64,000 bases of DNA. Source: Octopus sinensis (Eukaryota). Under the pieces are notes generated by a model that had not been told where the DNA came from, did not search any database, and saw only the letters and a program-made list of their open reading frames with translations. Location of the stretch: the NCBI RefSeq assembly GCF_006345805.1, contig NC_043002.1:25048001-25112000 (forward strand). Direction: 5' to 3'. Below, one piece after another: positions 10,905-23,907 of this stretch (position 1 is its first letter; each line of letters begins with the position of its first letter). Position numbers and translations under genes: made by a program.

Positions 10905-11290
10905 GTAAGTAGCTTGCTAACCAACCACATAGTTCCGGGTTCAGTCCCACTGCGTGGCATCTTGGGCAAGTGTCTTCTGCTATAGCCTCGGGCCGACCAA
11001 TGCCTTGTGAGTGGATTTGGTAGACGGAAACTGAAAGAAGCCTGTCGTATATATGTATATATATATATAAGTGTGTGCGTATATGTTTGTATGTTTGTGT
11101 GTTTGTCCCCCTAGCATCGCTTGACAACCGATGCTGGTGTGTTTACGTCCCCGTCACTTAGCGGTTCGGCAAAAGAGACCGATAGAATAAGTACTGGGCT
11201 TACAAAGAATAAGTCCCGGGGTTGATTTGCTCGACTAAAGGCGGTGCTCCAGCATGGCCGCAGTCAAATGACTGAAACAAGTAAAAGAGA
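10899..11290 (+). mobile_element. Near full-length SINE family 1
   Basis: Head GTGTGGTAAGTAGCTTGC..GGTTCAGTCCC (pol III boxes), CCTTGGGCAAG core, internal microsatellite, 3' tail GGCGGTGCTCCAGCATGGCCGCAGTCAAATGACTGAAACAAGTAAAAGAG. Confidence 0.92.
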
Positions 11291-11306
11291 AAAGAGAAAA
11301 GAGAGA

Positions 11307-11349
<43 letters not shown>

Positions 11350-11356
11350 TATATAA

Positions 11357-14300
11357 CAAAAACAAAAAGTTAAAAGAAGGGAAAAAAGCGCACTGACCAC
11401 TACTGAAAGACGGTATGCAGATGTGGTGCGCGGAAACCCAACAGGTGGCCAGCTTCACCCAGATGTGAGAAGGGCGGCAGCTGAACAGCAGTCTTTTTTG
11501 TGCATGGCACAAAAAATTGTTCAGCAGCTGACCTGGCTACAAGCACAAAGCTGGAACTACCACCACATAAGGCAACCTCCAACAGATGCAGGATGGCCAC
11601 CACAGACACCAACACCACACACACACACCACAAAAATATTTCTACTGAATGTAGGAGGGCTGCTGCGCGGAAACTGTAAAAAGAAAATTTCATTCCTGAG
11701 AGACCTTGTGACATGCAATCAAGCTATATGCATGGCACTCACAGAAACGCATCTTGAACCCGATATAGGTGATGCAGAAATACACATGCCGCAATATGCA
11801 GTCATACGCACAGATAGAAAAGGGAGGAGCCATGGTGGAGTTGCAATGTACATCCGAGATGACCTCACGCCCCAGGTCCTGCTGTCATATTCAAACTCAG
11901 TATGTGAAACTCAAATTGTACACATAAGACAACTGAATATCGTCATATGCACTACATATCGCCCACCAGACGCCCCAAAACACTCAGGCATGTTTGAAGA
12001 CTGCCTAACAAAAATAGGAGAAGTCCTCACCAACCTTGAACAGCACAACAGTGTATTCTTCATGGGTGACTTTAACCTCCCCAATGTGGAATGGCCTGGG
12101 GGGCAGATGCTCCCAGGGATGACACACCATCAGCAGGCACAGGTGGAGTCCCTGCTCCATCTCACAAATACCTCTTTCATGGAGCAAATAGTTCTGCAAC
12201 CAACAAGGGCAGATAATATACTGGATCTCTGCTTTACAAACAATATGGATATTATCCATAATGTTAATGTGATGCCGACAATGATCTCGGATCACAACAT
12301 AATAGAGCTGTCTATGTATGGAACAAAAGCCCCCGCAGACACACAGCCTATACGAAGCACCCACCATCTCTCCAACTTAAACTTTCATAAAGCCAACTGG
12401 AAGTCGATTGAGAAAGAGATCCTCAAACAGGATTGGCCTGAATGTCTCTCCACACCGGACATAAACATGAAACACAAACACTTCATGTCCATAATACAAG
12501 CCATATGTGACAAATATGTCCCAATGTGCAGGGCCAGCACACACAAGAATAAAAACAGGATCCCTAGAGAAAGGAGGATTCTTATGAGACGACGGACAAG
12601 GATTGCAAACCGCCTGAGCAAGCACACCAAAAGTGGTGAGAAGTCTCGGCTCGAAAGAATGCTAATGGAAACTGAGAAAAGTCTACATCAGTCCCATGAA
12701 AAGGAGAGAGCAGATAAAGAAGCTTGGGTAATAGAAAATATAAAATCAAACCCTAAAGCTTTCTTTAAGTTTGCCAAAGAGACAGCCACAGTGCACCAGA
12801 GAATAGGACCTCTCTTCCAAAAAGATGGCTCTCTCACAGGAAATCCCACGAGGATAAGTGAAATACTGAACGAACAGTTCCAAAGTGTGTTCACTACACC
12901 TCTAGGACACAGGCAAGTAAACAACCCAGAAGAATTCTTTGCCACTTTACCAGCGGCCAAAGAGACAAAAATTGAGTACATCAACATCGAAGAAGATGAT
13001 ATCACACTAGCCATTGATGAGATTGACACAACTCTCTGCTGGACCTGATGGATTCCCAACGATCCTTCTCAAATCGTGCAAACGAGCCCTTGCAAAACCG
13101 CTACAGCTTCTTTTTCAGAGCTTTCTTGCAAGTGGTAAGCTCCCAGTCAAACTGAAAGAGGGGGTAATATGCCCTATCCATAAGGGAGGTAGCAGAGCAG
13201 ATGCTAAAAATTATAGGCCTATCTCTCTGACCTCACACATCAGCAAAGTCATGGAACGAATAGTCCGTAAGAACTAATCATGTTCCTTGAAGAAAATGAC
13301 TTACTGTCTGACACCCAGCATGGATTTCGACCAGGTAGAGGCTGCCTAACACAGCTCCTGCAACACTATGACGTGGTGTTGAAACAGCTACTAAATGGCT
13401 CAAATGTGGATGTAATATATCTTGACTTTGCAAAAGCCTTTGATAAAATCGACCATGGTATGATCTGTCACAAACTGCGTGGTCTCGGCATAGGCGGGAA
13501 ACTTGGAGAGTGGCTGCACAACTTCCTAAAAGACAGAAAACAGGCAGTTGTGAGCAATGGAGCCACTCCAGGGAAACGCAAATAACAAGCGGTGTCCCAC
13601 AGGGCACTGTCTTGGGGCCACTGATGTTCATAGTGGCCCTTTCAGACATGCCTTCAGTTGCTACGATGACCACCCTTGCTAGCTATGCAGATGACACAAA
13701 AGTCTCCCACGCAATACAAAACCCTGAAAAATATTGTGCATCTGCAACATGAGCTGGACACAATATACAGGTGGGCTGAGGACAACAACATGCATTTAAT
13801 GCAGGTAAGTTCCAGGCCCTGCGCTACTGGCACACAAAGGTAAATGACGTGAAGACTGGATACACTGGCCCAGGAAGAATTGCAATCCCTGAGTCAAAAT
13901 CAGTGCGTGACCTGGGCATTGACATGAGCAATGATGCATCTTCCAAATGCATATTGCTAATCTGGTGATAAAATGCAGACGGCTAGCTGGATGGATTCTC
14001 CGAACTTTCAGAACAAGAGAGAAGGAGACACTGATGGTCTATGGAAAAACATTTGTCCTCAGCCGCTTGGACTACTGCTCCCAACTTTGGTCACCACACA
14101 ATATAAAACAAACAGCAGAACTCGAAGCATCAACGGAAGCTACACAAAGAAAATCGTCTCAATGCAAAATGTCAGCTACTGGGAAAGACTGAATGTATTA
14201 AACCTCTTCTCCTGGAGCGGAGGCGGGAGAGATATGCAGTGATATACTATCTGGAAAATCCTGGAGGGTCTTGTCCCAAACTTGGCATTCAAAGTTACTC

Positions 14301-14672
14301 CAAACGCAGAACGGGGCGCCGCTGCGTGGTGCCAAGGATTCCAACATCACCATCAAAATACAGGTCCAGATACTGCACAGCTTGGGTTTCAGAGGACCAC
14401 AGCTCTTTAACATCCTCCCTAAATGCCTGAGAGACTTACATGGTGTGGATGTGGGTTTCTTTTAAATAAACTGGATCTCTTCTTTGGTTGGAGTCCCAGA
14501 TGAACCTACCTCACGACAGGAGACACGGATGCGGGCAGCAGCATCGAACTCCCTTGTTGATCAAGTGCCACGTATCAGAGGTGGATTCACACTAGTGTAG
14601 CTCATTCAGCGGTGGTGCCCCAGCATGGCCGCGGCCTTCGGGCTAAAACATTTTTAAGGATTTAAGGATTTA
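11357..14672 (+). mobile_element. CR1/L2-group LINE: end of ORF1, APE endonuclease, RT with frameshifts, 3' UTR and (TTTAAGGA)n tail
   Basis: APE motifs LNVGGL, LTETHL, YRPP, GDFNLP, LDLCFTN, SDH. RT pieces NYRPISLTS, QHGFRPGR, YLDFAKAFD, GVPQGTVLGP, YADD, RLDYCSQLWSP lie in shifted frames. Confidence 0.93.
11423..13048 (+). pseudogene. LINE ORF2 N-terminal part (APE endonuclease and linker), 541 aa, broken by a frameshift before the RT
   Basis: ORF track plus APE catalytic motifs; RT continues in other frames (13014-13277, 13280-13585, 13510-13752). Confidence 0.85.
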
Positions 14673-15260
14673 TATATATATGTATATATATATGTGTATA
14701 TATATATATGATGTATATATATGTATGTTATATTATATGTATGTATATATATGTATGTATATAATGTATGTATATTATGTGTGATATATATGTGTTTATA
14801 TATGTTGTGTATATATATATGTGTATATATATATATGTATAATATATATAGTATATATATATATATGTAATATATATGTGTTATATATATATGTGAGATA
14901 GATATGTGTATATATATATGTGTATATATATATGTGTATATATATAGTGTAGTATATATATATGTGTGTATATATATATGTGTATATATATATGTGTATA
15001 TAAGATTGATATATATATTGTGTGTATTATATGTGTGTATATATATGTGTGTATAATATGTGTGTATATATATTGGTGATATAGATATGTGTATATATAT
15101 AGTGTGTATAGATATGTGTTATATATATTGTGTTTGTATATATGTGGTATATCTTATATGTGTTTTATGTGTGGTAATATATATGTTGTATATATATGTG
15201 TGTATATATATGGTGTATATATATATGTGTGTATATATATATGTGGTATATATATATGTG

Positions 15261-15313
<53 letters not shown>

Positions 15314-15573
15314 TATGTATTGTATAATATATGTATATATGTATATATATGTATATATGTATATATATGTATATATAGTATATATATATATATGTATATA
15401 TATATATGTATCTATATATATGTATATATATATATGTATATATATATATGTATATATATATATGTATATATATATGTATATATATATATGTATATATATA
15501 TATGTATATATATTATGTTATATATATATGTATATGTATATATGTATATTATATATGTATATATATATATATA

Positions 15574-15614
<41 letters not shown>

Positions 15615-15650
15615 TATAGATATATATATATATATATATATATATACATG
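14673..15650. repeat. ~1 kb degenerate (TA)n/(TATG)n microsatellite
   Basis: Almost pure A/T dinucleotide repeat with scattered G. Confidence 0.97.
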
Positions 15651-16924
15651 TGCGTATATACTACACACCATTGAGCAGTGTTTATACAGTATCATCCTTG
15701 TTTTCTATGTACGTCTATCTGGATGTTTGCATTCTTGTCCCATTGTGTATATATATAAATATATAATATATATATATAATATATATATATAGCTACACAT
15801 ACACATGGAACAATAATGGTTATGCAGTAAAAGTGAAATGTAAATGGATCTTACATTGATTTCAATGATCAATAATTCCAGTTGTTTGGCCAACTGAGTT
15901 ACCAACTTACTGAATTTAAAGTATTAGTAGCCCGAGTATACTATAGATACTTGTACTTTAACACAACCCTTAGTCAGATATAGTGGGACAATAATAGACC
16001 TTTCAAATACAAGAATATGTTATTTGATGGCTTTGGGCTTCCACATTGTTTCCATCTACCAGGTTTCATTCACAAGATTTGGATCGAACAAAGATCATCA
16101 TACAAGATGTCACCAGCAAGAACTGAACCTCTTAACCAAACATCCAGGCCTACACACACACACCACACACAAAGTAACCAGTATAGATATCATCAACATC
16201 ATCACTTCTCACATCCATTTTCCATGCTGATATGCGTTAAATATTTGATTGAACTGGTAAGCTGAAGAGCTGCACTAGGCTCCAGATCAAGTTTGTTTTG
16301 GCTTGGGTTCTACGGCTGGATGCCCTTCCCAACACCAACTGCTCCATAGAGTGTACTGAGTGGCTTTCGTATATCACTAGCATGGATACAAGTAGACTGT
16401 TAAGGATTAAATACAACAGTAGATCATATATAACAGTAACAACCCTGCAGTAAATTTAAAATTTGATGGTCATGAAGAAGATTTGGGAAGAGAGCCTCTA
16501 AAATAGTTGCTAAACTTGGGTAAAAAATAGCACCTAAATTATCTTCAAATTGCACTCTGCAATCTTCAGAGCTCAATGGACCAAATGGAACATGGCTGGA
16601 ATTTTTTTGTTAAAAAGTCTACTACTTATCAGGGTTGTTCTACAACAAAACAACTATTGTACCTAATGTCCATAGAATTTTTCCAAACAATAAATGGTTT
16701 GTTAGCAGTTTTGTTTACTTTATTTTGAAGTCGACTGGTACTCATAAATCTAGATTACATCTAAATCAGGGTTATCTTGATAATTAGATAACCATGTTTT
16801 ATACAAAAGTACATTTGGTATCTTATAAAGATTGTGCTACCACCTCTATCTTACATCACACACACATGCACAACTTAGCTGCATTAATGTCATTATCATT
16901 TCACTCAATCTAAATTATATGCAG

Positions 16925-17121
16925 ACAGAATGTTAGCAAGTCAGACAAAAAAACGCTTAGCTGTATTTCTTCCAGTAGCATAATGTTTTTGAGTTCAAAT
17001 ACTCTAAAGGTGACTTTCTTTTTCATCTTTTCAGGTTAAAATAAGTACCACTTGAGCACTGAAAGCAATGTAATGAAACCATCTCCCTCTGAATTACTGG
17101 CCTTGTGCCAAAATTTGAAAC
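16925..17121 (+). mobile_element. Degenerate SINE family 2
   Basis: GTTAGCA..GCTTAG..GAGTTCAAAT..TTTCATC..ATAAGTACCA..CCTTGTGCCAAAATTTGAAA; matches copies at 25350, 23296 and 38137. Confidence 0.7.
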
Positions 17122-17134
17122 AATTGTCTACACT

Positions 17135-17530
17135 AGGCATGGCTATGTGGTAAGAAGCTTGCTTCCCAATTACATGGTTCTGGGTTCAGTCCCACTATGT
17201 GTCACCTTGGGCATTGTCTCTATTATAGCCTTGAGATGACCAAAGCCTTATGAGTTGATTTGGTAGACAGAAACTGAAAAAAGCCTATGTAAATATATAA
17301 TGTATATATTTGTGTCTTGTGCCTGTGTTTGTCCCTCCCCCCACTATCATTTGACAGCCAATGTTTGTGTGTTTATGTCCCTGTAACTTAGTGGTTCGCA
17401 AAAAAACCCTACAATAAAACGTATCAGGCTTACAAAGGGGTCGATTGGTGTTGTTTGACTAAAACCCCTTAAGGTGTTGCTCCAGGGCCACGCGACTGGC
17501 CACAATAAAAGCCAATGAAGAAAAGACTAT
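17135..17530 (+). mobile_element. Diverged SINE family 1
   Basis: Colinear with 10899-11290. Confidence 0.85.
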
Positions 17531-19689
17531 TGAACAACAACTATTTAACTTTGTCATTTACTGCAATAGCACTTTTTCTTCATATGGGCTCACTCTATCA
17601 GCCTAAAATACATCTCACACTCCATCACACACAAAATGTATGTGATTTCATAATGTAGCATAACTTTGCTATTTTACATGTTTATGTAGTTCAGAGCAGA
17701 CTTAGGTACCCCTTCAGTCCAAAATCAAGCCCATAATCTAATGACTACAATCCAACACTGAGATGTGTGTCCTTCCCCCCTCTATACTGAACATTTTAGC
17801 TGTCCCTACTAGAACTCTCTTTCTGACTGTGTTTTCCATTTTACTTAATAATTAGTCTGAACTACTCCAATTAAAGATTTAAAGCACAAAAAGCCAAGGA
17901 CAACGCCCTTTTTGCCTCACACAAACTAATAAATTTGTTCATACTCAGCTTCTTTTAAATGACTGTCTTATAAAACATCATCTTTGTCATTGTTTTAATG
18001 TCCACTTTCCATGCTTGCATGGTGTGAAACAAAATATACTTGAGGCAGATTTCCTTAGTCAGGTGCCTTTATTTCTGTTTAGAGGTTTTACATAACCTTT
18101 GAACATAAGCTGCAAGATGTTCCTGCTTTTGACTAGACATATTTTTTACCATTAACATGCAATGTCAAACAAGGAGACTTTAATACAAACACCCACACAC
18201 ATGTATATATAATAATGGTATTCTTCCAGTTGCCCACCTACCAAACTCAGGCTTTGATCAACCTAGAGATATAATAAAGGATGCTTGCCTAAGATGCGCA
18301 CAGTGATACAGCACCTGAAACCTTGACTGCAAAGCAAACTTCTTAACTGTACAACCATGCTTGTGTCTAAATACCCAACATGAATCTATCCACAAAGCAG
18401 AGATCATATAATCCAGTAGAAAGGAATAAAAAGCATGCAATGACAAAAAGCAAGTGAATGCAGTGTGGGAGAACAACTGCGGTTATGTTTCAATCTTATT
18501 GGACTTCCTCAGAAAAAAAAGACCTTATGCAAAAGAGTGTAAGTGACTGTTATCCAGATCCAGCAGTTGTAAGACCTGAAATTATAACACATTGCTTCAC
18601 AATCCAGCCTTCTCTTATAGTATGAGTTGAAGCTTTTAAAACTTGTTGGCCATGATAAGTACAGTAATTCTACAATTTCATTCAGTGACCTCTCCATGAT
18701 AAACAGAAATCAGACCCATGTGGACATTTCATTTTTATACACTGTTTGTCACAATCACTCTTCTCTTTCTCACATCATTTTCACTGTCCGACACCACTCA
18801 TAACACTTTCAGTCATAGATTGTCAAGTACTATTTCCTGGGTTTAATGGATGTACAGTGAGCTGTTGTTTAATAAGCGCACTATTCACTATTATTTAATG
18901 GGTGTACTGTACACCATTGCATAATAAATTTTGTTTATTTAATTAATTTATTGAATGAGTTGGAGAGAAGAAGTATGATCTCCACATACCAGACAAGAAG
19001 AAAATCAACATGGTAAGCAGGAAATTCTAGAGCATTGCAGAGGAGGACTGAGTGGGAGGTATTTTAGTGTGTGAAGCATGTATGGTTGGATAGCAGTGCT
19101 CATTAAATGATGCAGATGTTGTTGTAGTAACTAAAAGAGATAAAAAAAACTTAAAAAAAACAATATTTCCTATGTGCCAGTGGTTAAATACTTCATTAAT
19201 CAATCAATATGATTTAGATACATTCTGATATGTTGGTGTAGATAACATCAACACCACCATTCCAAGCAATATCTCAATGTGTGTCTTTTCTGGATTTTGT
19301 TATGATTCAGTAAATGGACAGAATTTGATTAAAGAGGAATACTAATTATGTGAGGTCACCATAGACTTGTAAGACTTAGGTTTGCTATGGATGTGGCAAT
19401 GGTTATGTTAAGGATTAGAGAGAGTGATATACCAATAGTTTAACCCTTTACACTTAAACCAGCCATATCCAACCCAAATATTCTAACTATTTCTGTGTTC
19501 AAACTAGCCAGATCCAGCCTCTGACACCTATGCTATGATACATTTTAAAAAATTATTATCACAGCAGTTGAAAGTTTAAAGCCACAAGATAATGCATAAT
19601 TAATTCAAACAATGCAAATAAATAAGCCTTACATTCCACAGAAAAATCTGAATGTTAAAGGTTAATTTTCATGTTCAGTGAAAGAAATA

Positions 19690-20030
19690 AGGTTATCATG
19701 ACCCATTGAAGGTTTTCTCATGATCTGTGTTCATGGAGATAATGTTGCTTGGTGCAATGGATCCAGGTTGCATGAGAATGAAGCTATGTATGAAATAGTT
19801 AAGAGTAAGGAGTGGTACCATCTGCACAGAAGTGGGGAGTGGGTGGCTAGAAGTGACAGAATAGGTTGTTAAGGTAAAAAGAGTGGAGCATCAATGGCAG
19901 GCATGAGAGTGTGTTCAGGGTGAAGGGGCATTCAGTGATATATAGTAGCAAGGAGGGTGCTAGGAGTGCATGATGCATGACAAGGGAAGTGGCTCGAGGA
20001 GAAAGATTACAGGTAGCACCAGGAGTTGGG
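19690..20030 (-). mobile_element. Old LINE 3' fragment, same family as 42690-42990
   Basis: Appears to be a diverged reverse-complement relative of 42690-42990; no intact ORF. Confidence 0.35.
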
Positions 20031-20297
20031 TGGGAGATTATGTGATTGTAACTCTTCTATGTACGCACTGTTAACTCCCCCCCACAGTGACAGCACCCCT
20101 GGACAGCTCACCAGCCATTCATCTACTCCTAGCTTCCAGAACAACCATCAGATTAGTGTGCGAGACACCATGTTGAAAGGCAACTATATATATTGTGTGT
20201 GTGTGTTGGGGTGTGTGTGTTTGTGTATATATAATTAGAAGAGAAAATTGGATTTAAAAACATCCTGGCGAATATCAAATATGTATATGTGTCTTAT

Positions 20298-20716
20298 ATT
20301 CTTTTATTCTTTTCTTGTTTCATCATTTGACTGCAGCCATAATGGAGCACCACCCTTAGTCGATCAAAAGTGACCCCAGGACTTATTCTTTCTAAGCCTA
20401 GTACTTATTCTATGGTCTCTTTTGCGCGAACCACTAAAGTTACAGGACATAAACACACCACATCGGTTGGTCAAGCGGTGGTGAGGGAAAAAAACACAGA
20501 CACACAAGCATACACATACATACATACATACCATACATGCATACATACATACAACAAGCTTCTTTCAGTTTCCGGCTACCAAATCCACTCACAAGGCTTT
20601 GGTCGACCTGAGGCTATAGTAGAAGACACCTTGCCCAAGGTGCCACACAGTGGGACTGAACCCAGAACCATGTGGTTGGTAAACAAGCTCTTACCACAAC
20701 GCTACTCCTGCACCTA
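20298..20716 (-). mobile_element. SINE family 1
   Basis: Reverse-complement match to 10899-11290. Confidence 0.88.
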
Positions 20717-21268
20717 TATACATATATAAACATATATCAATGTGTATATGCATATGTTAATGCAATTGAAACAACTGTTGTATTGTTTTTAGGGCGAGAT
20801 CTAAACATACACAGAAAAAGAGAGAGGGAGGGAAAGAGAATAGATGCATTAAACCAGGATTGTTGAACTTGTTTTACTGGCTGGTTGGATTGAAGCATAA
20901 ACTATTTTTTGTGGGCTGGATTGGGACAATTATTCCTAAAATCCCTAGTAATGTAAGTCAAAGTCAAAGCATAAAAGGGTCAGTATATTATTACAACTCT
21001 GGATACACATTAGCAATCTATATTTTACACAATAATTCAAACACACAAGCCAGACATGGCTTTCTGACACATTTATTGGGACAATGGCACAAAATAAAAA
21101 CTGCTCAGATTGTATTAATCCAACAAGACAATATTCTCCTGCAGGACAAGCTACCATCACTACATTTAGCAAAGAAACAATTTTCACTACACATAAACAG
21201 TAACACAACTAAAGCCCTCACCAAAATCACTACACCTCACAAAGTCACTCTTCACTTATATATAATGA

Positions 21269-23276
21269 CTAGCTGAAGGTGACCCGCTCTACGCGCGGGT
21301 AAGAGTGTGTTTGTTACTTTCTGTTGCTTCCTTTCAGCACGTAAAAAGCACCATCCGAACGTGGCCGATTGCAGCGCCGCCTTGACTTGCTTCTGTGCCG
21401 GTGGCATGTAAAAAGCACCAACCGATCGTTGCTGCTGCGAGCCCCCCTGGCACCTGTGCCAGTGGCATGAAAAAGCACCCACTACACTCACAGAGTGGTT
21501 GGCGTTAGAAGGTCATCCACCTGTAGAAACACTGCCAGATCAGACTGGAACCTGGTGCAGCCTCCTGGCTTCCCAGACCCCGGTCACACTGTCCAACCCG
21601 TGCTAGCACGGAAAACGGACGTTAAACGATGATGATGATGATGATTCTCCGTCTTTGTTTCTCTCTCCTTTCTCTCTCACTTTCCCCACTCTCTTACTTT
21701 CTTTTCTCTCGGACCCTCCCTCGCTTTCTCTTACTCTCTATCTTTATCTATCTCTCTCCCATTTATAAACAACAGATCTTGAGTAAGTTGAGAAATAAAA
21801 TATTTAGAAAGATCAATCATAAATATCAGGCAGTAGCAACGGAAGGTCTGCTTCAAGGCAGACAGCAAACACTAACATTTAAAAGGGACAGACGAACTTG
21901 CGAGCTGAATAAAAATAATAAAATATTGGAAAGCAAAGTTTGAAGGGATAGAATCTGAGGATAGTAGAGTCACCATGGCTGGCATTTCTTAACGACGGAC
22001 GACAACGTATTGACAGCTTAACGGCTGGTATAAAATTTTGAACTTGATGTAAAGAAAATTCATAAACACCAAGTTTTGAAGTGATTCTTTCTCACGACAG
22101 TAGACTCACCATGACAAGCATTCAAAACTTCTTTATCATGGACGGCAACACATTGACGATTAAAAGGCTGGCGCAAATTTTTTAGCTTGATGTAACAGAG
22201 AATTCCTAAACAACACCCGCTCCTTGAAATTTGAATCCCCTTCCAGCCCCATTTAGACCCCTTTTCACATTTTGGTTAATATAACCCGATTTCATTCGGG
22301 TCTACTGGGGCCACATTTATAAGATGAGGAATTTTGTCCTAGAGGTGACGCCTTTAATTTGAGGTAAAAAAATAGTTGTCATGCAAACTTGCCAGCACTT
22401 TTAACATAGGTGTGCATATTTTCAGCTGAATCGACCGACTACGTAATGCACACATTATATATATATATATGTGTGTGTTGTGTGTGTGTGTGTGTGCACG
22501 CATTATATATACAAATGAGATATATATCTGTATAAATTAAATTAGAGATAAAACCACTAATAGGCAAATCAAACAGTGAAAAACCAAAAACAAAAACATA
22601 AAAAAAAATATAATATATAAATATAAAATATAAAATTGAAAAATTTAAATTATTTAAATTGAAAATAAAAATTATTAAATTATATTTATAATTTGTTTAA
22701 AAATATATATAACTATGAAAAAGTATGAAAAGTTTAATATACATAAATACAGATATATACACTTTGTATATATACATTATATATACATATTTATATATAG
22801 AACACACACACACACACATACATTATATATACATATTTATATATAGAACACACACACACACACACACATATAAATGAACGCAAGAATATCTGATTCATAA
22901 TATTTGTTCCCATGCTCGTGTGTTGTTGGTGAGACAGATACTTAAAAGAACGCCGCCGAAGTGATGGGAAGGTAGGAAACAGAGTCAGTGAAAAAGAGAG
23001 GAAACAGCGAGAGTGACAGATACTTTAAATAACGGTAGTGGACTTGTGAAAGTTATAAATGAAGAGGAGTGAGAGGGTAATAGAGGAAATAGCGTGAGTG
23101 AGGAAGATGGCCCCTAGCAACCACACACTTTTAAGATATGGATTTCTAAGGTAGCCCACAAGCATCGTCACCTCATTCTACATGTCCCTGTAAATTTTGG
23201 AGCGAATCGGACGGGACGTAGTGGCATTGAAAGCGATCCAAGTGGTAAAAACGCATTTCAGTTTTATATACAGAGA
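21269..23276 (-). mobile_element. ~2 kb composite non-autonomous Helitron
   Basis: Plus strand: a|CTAG at 21269-21272, then hairpin ACCCGC-TCTACGC-GCGGGT. The other end TTTCAGTTTTATATACAGAGA|T resembles the ends of the two small Helitrons. Contains an RTE 3' tail, a ~136-bp diverged duplication and microsatellites. Confidence 0.65.
21325..21645 (+). mobile_element. RTE LINE 3' UTR fragment with (GAT)n tail
   Basis: Reverse-complement match to the 3' end of the RTE at 34965; ends AAACGGACGTTAAACGATGATGATG. Confidence 0.8.
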
Positions 23277-23295
23277 TTATATATAGAGATGATTC

Positions 23296-23490
23296 TAAAT
23301 TTTGGCACAAGGCCAGAAATTTCAGATGAAGAGTAAGTCAGTGTCCTCCCTGCCCCAATACTTAACTGATACTCATTTTATTGACCATGAAAGGGATGGA
23401 AAGCAAAGTCAGTCTCAGTGGAATTTGAATTCCGAATGTAAAAACAGACGAAATGCTGCCAAACATTTTGCCAAGCATTTTGCCCAGCAT
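23296..23490 (-). mobile_element. SINE family 2
   Basis: TTTTGGCACAAGGCCAG..TACTCATTTTATTGACC..GAAAGG..GAATTTGAA is the reverse complement of family 2. Confidence 0.7.
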
Positions 23491-23724
23491 GGTAACAATT
23501 CTAAACTATATCTTCAAGGTCAGACAATACCACAACTCACAGCAATCAGTGAATCTCTATGAAGCTCAAGCATTAAGTGTATTAGAGTATTGATGCCATA
23601 TATGGAATGATGATGCTGCTGCAAACACTTACATCTTAAGATGGCAGCTAGAAAAGGTCATCTAGCTAAAGAACACACTAAAACCAATAATCTCTTCTGT
23701 TGTTAAGCATTGCTGGAGGGACAA

Positions 23725-23907
23725 ACACAGACATTCATATATACAATGAGCTTCTTTCAGTTTCCATTCACCAAATCCACTCACAAGGCTTTGGTTAGCC
23801 TGAGGCTATAGAAGAAGACACTTGCCCAAGGTGCAACAGAGTGGGTCTGAACCTGGAAACATGTGGTTGGAAAGCAAGTTTCTTACTACACAGCCACGCC
23901 TGTGCCT
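23725..23907 (-). mobile_element. 5' half of SINE family 1
   Basis: Reverse-complement match to the head and core. Confidence 0.8.

Noticed and set aside
10899-10960. tRNA-like sequences at SINE heads (also 1900-1971 and 25350-25440)
   Set aside because: They have A/B boxes but no complete cloverleaf, and each continues into a SINE body; not tRNA genes.
14673-15674. Long Y/I/V/C/M-rich ORFs (15060-15674, 15089-15619) and similar ORFs at 50848-51717, 52517-54195 and 60391-60954
   Set aside because: They are translations of (TA)n, (TG)n and (GATA)n microsatellites, which lack stop codons in some frames.
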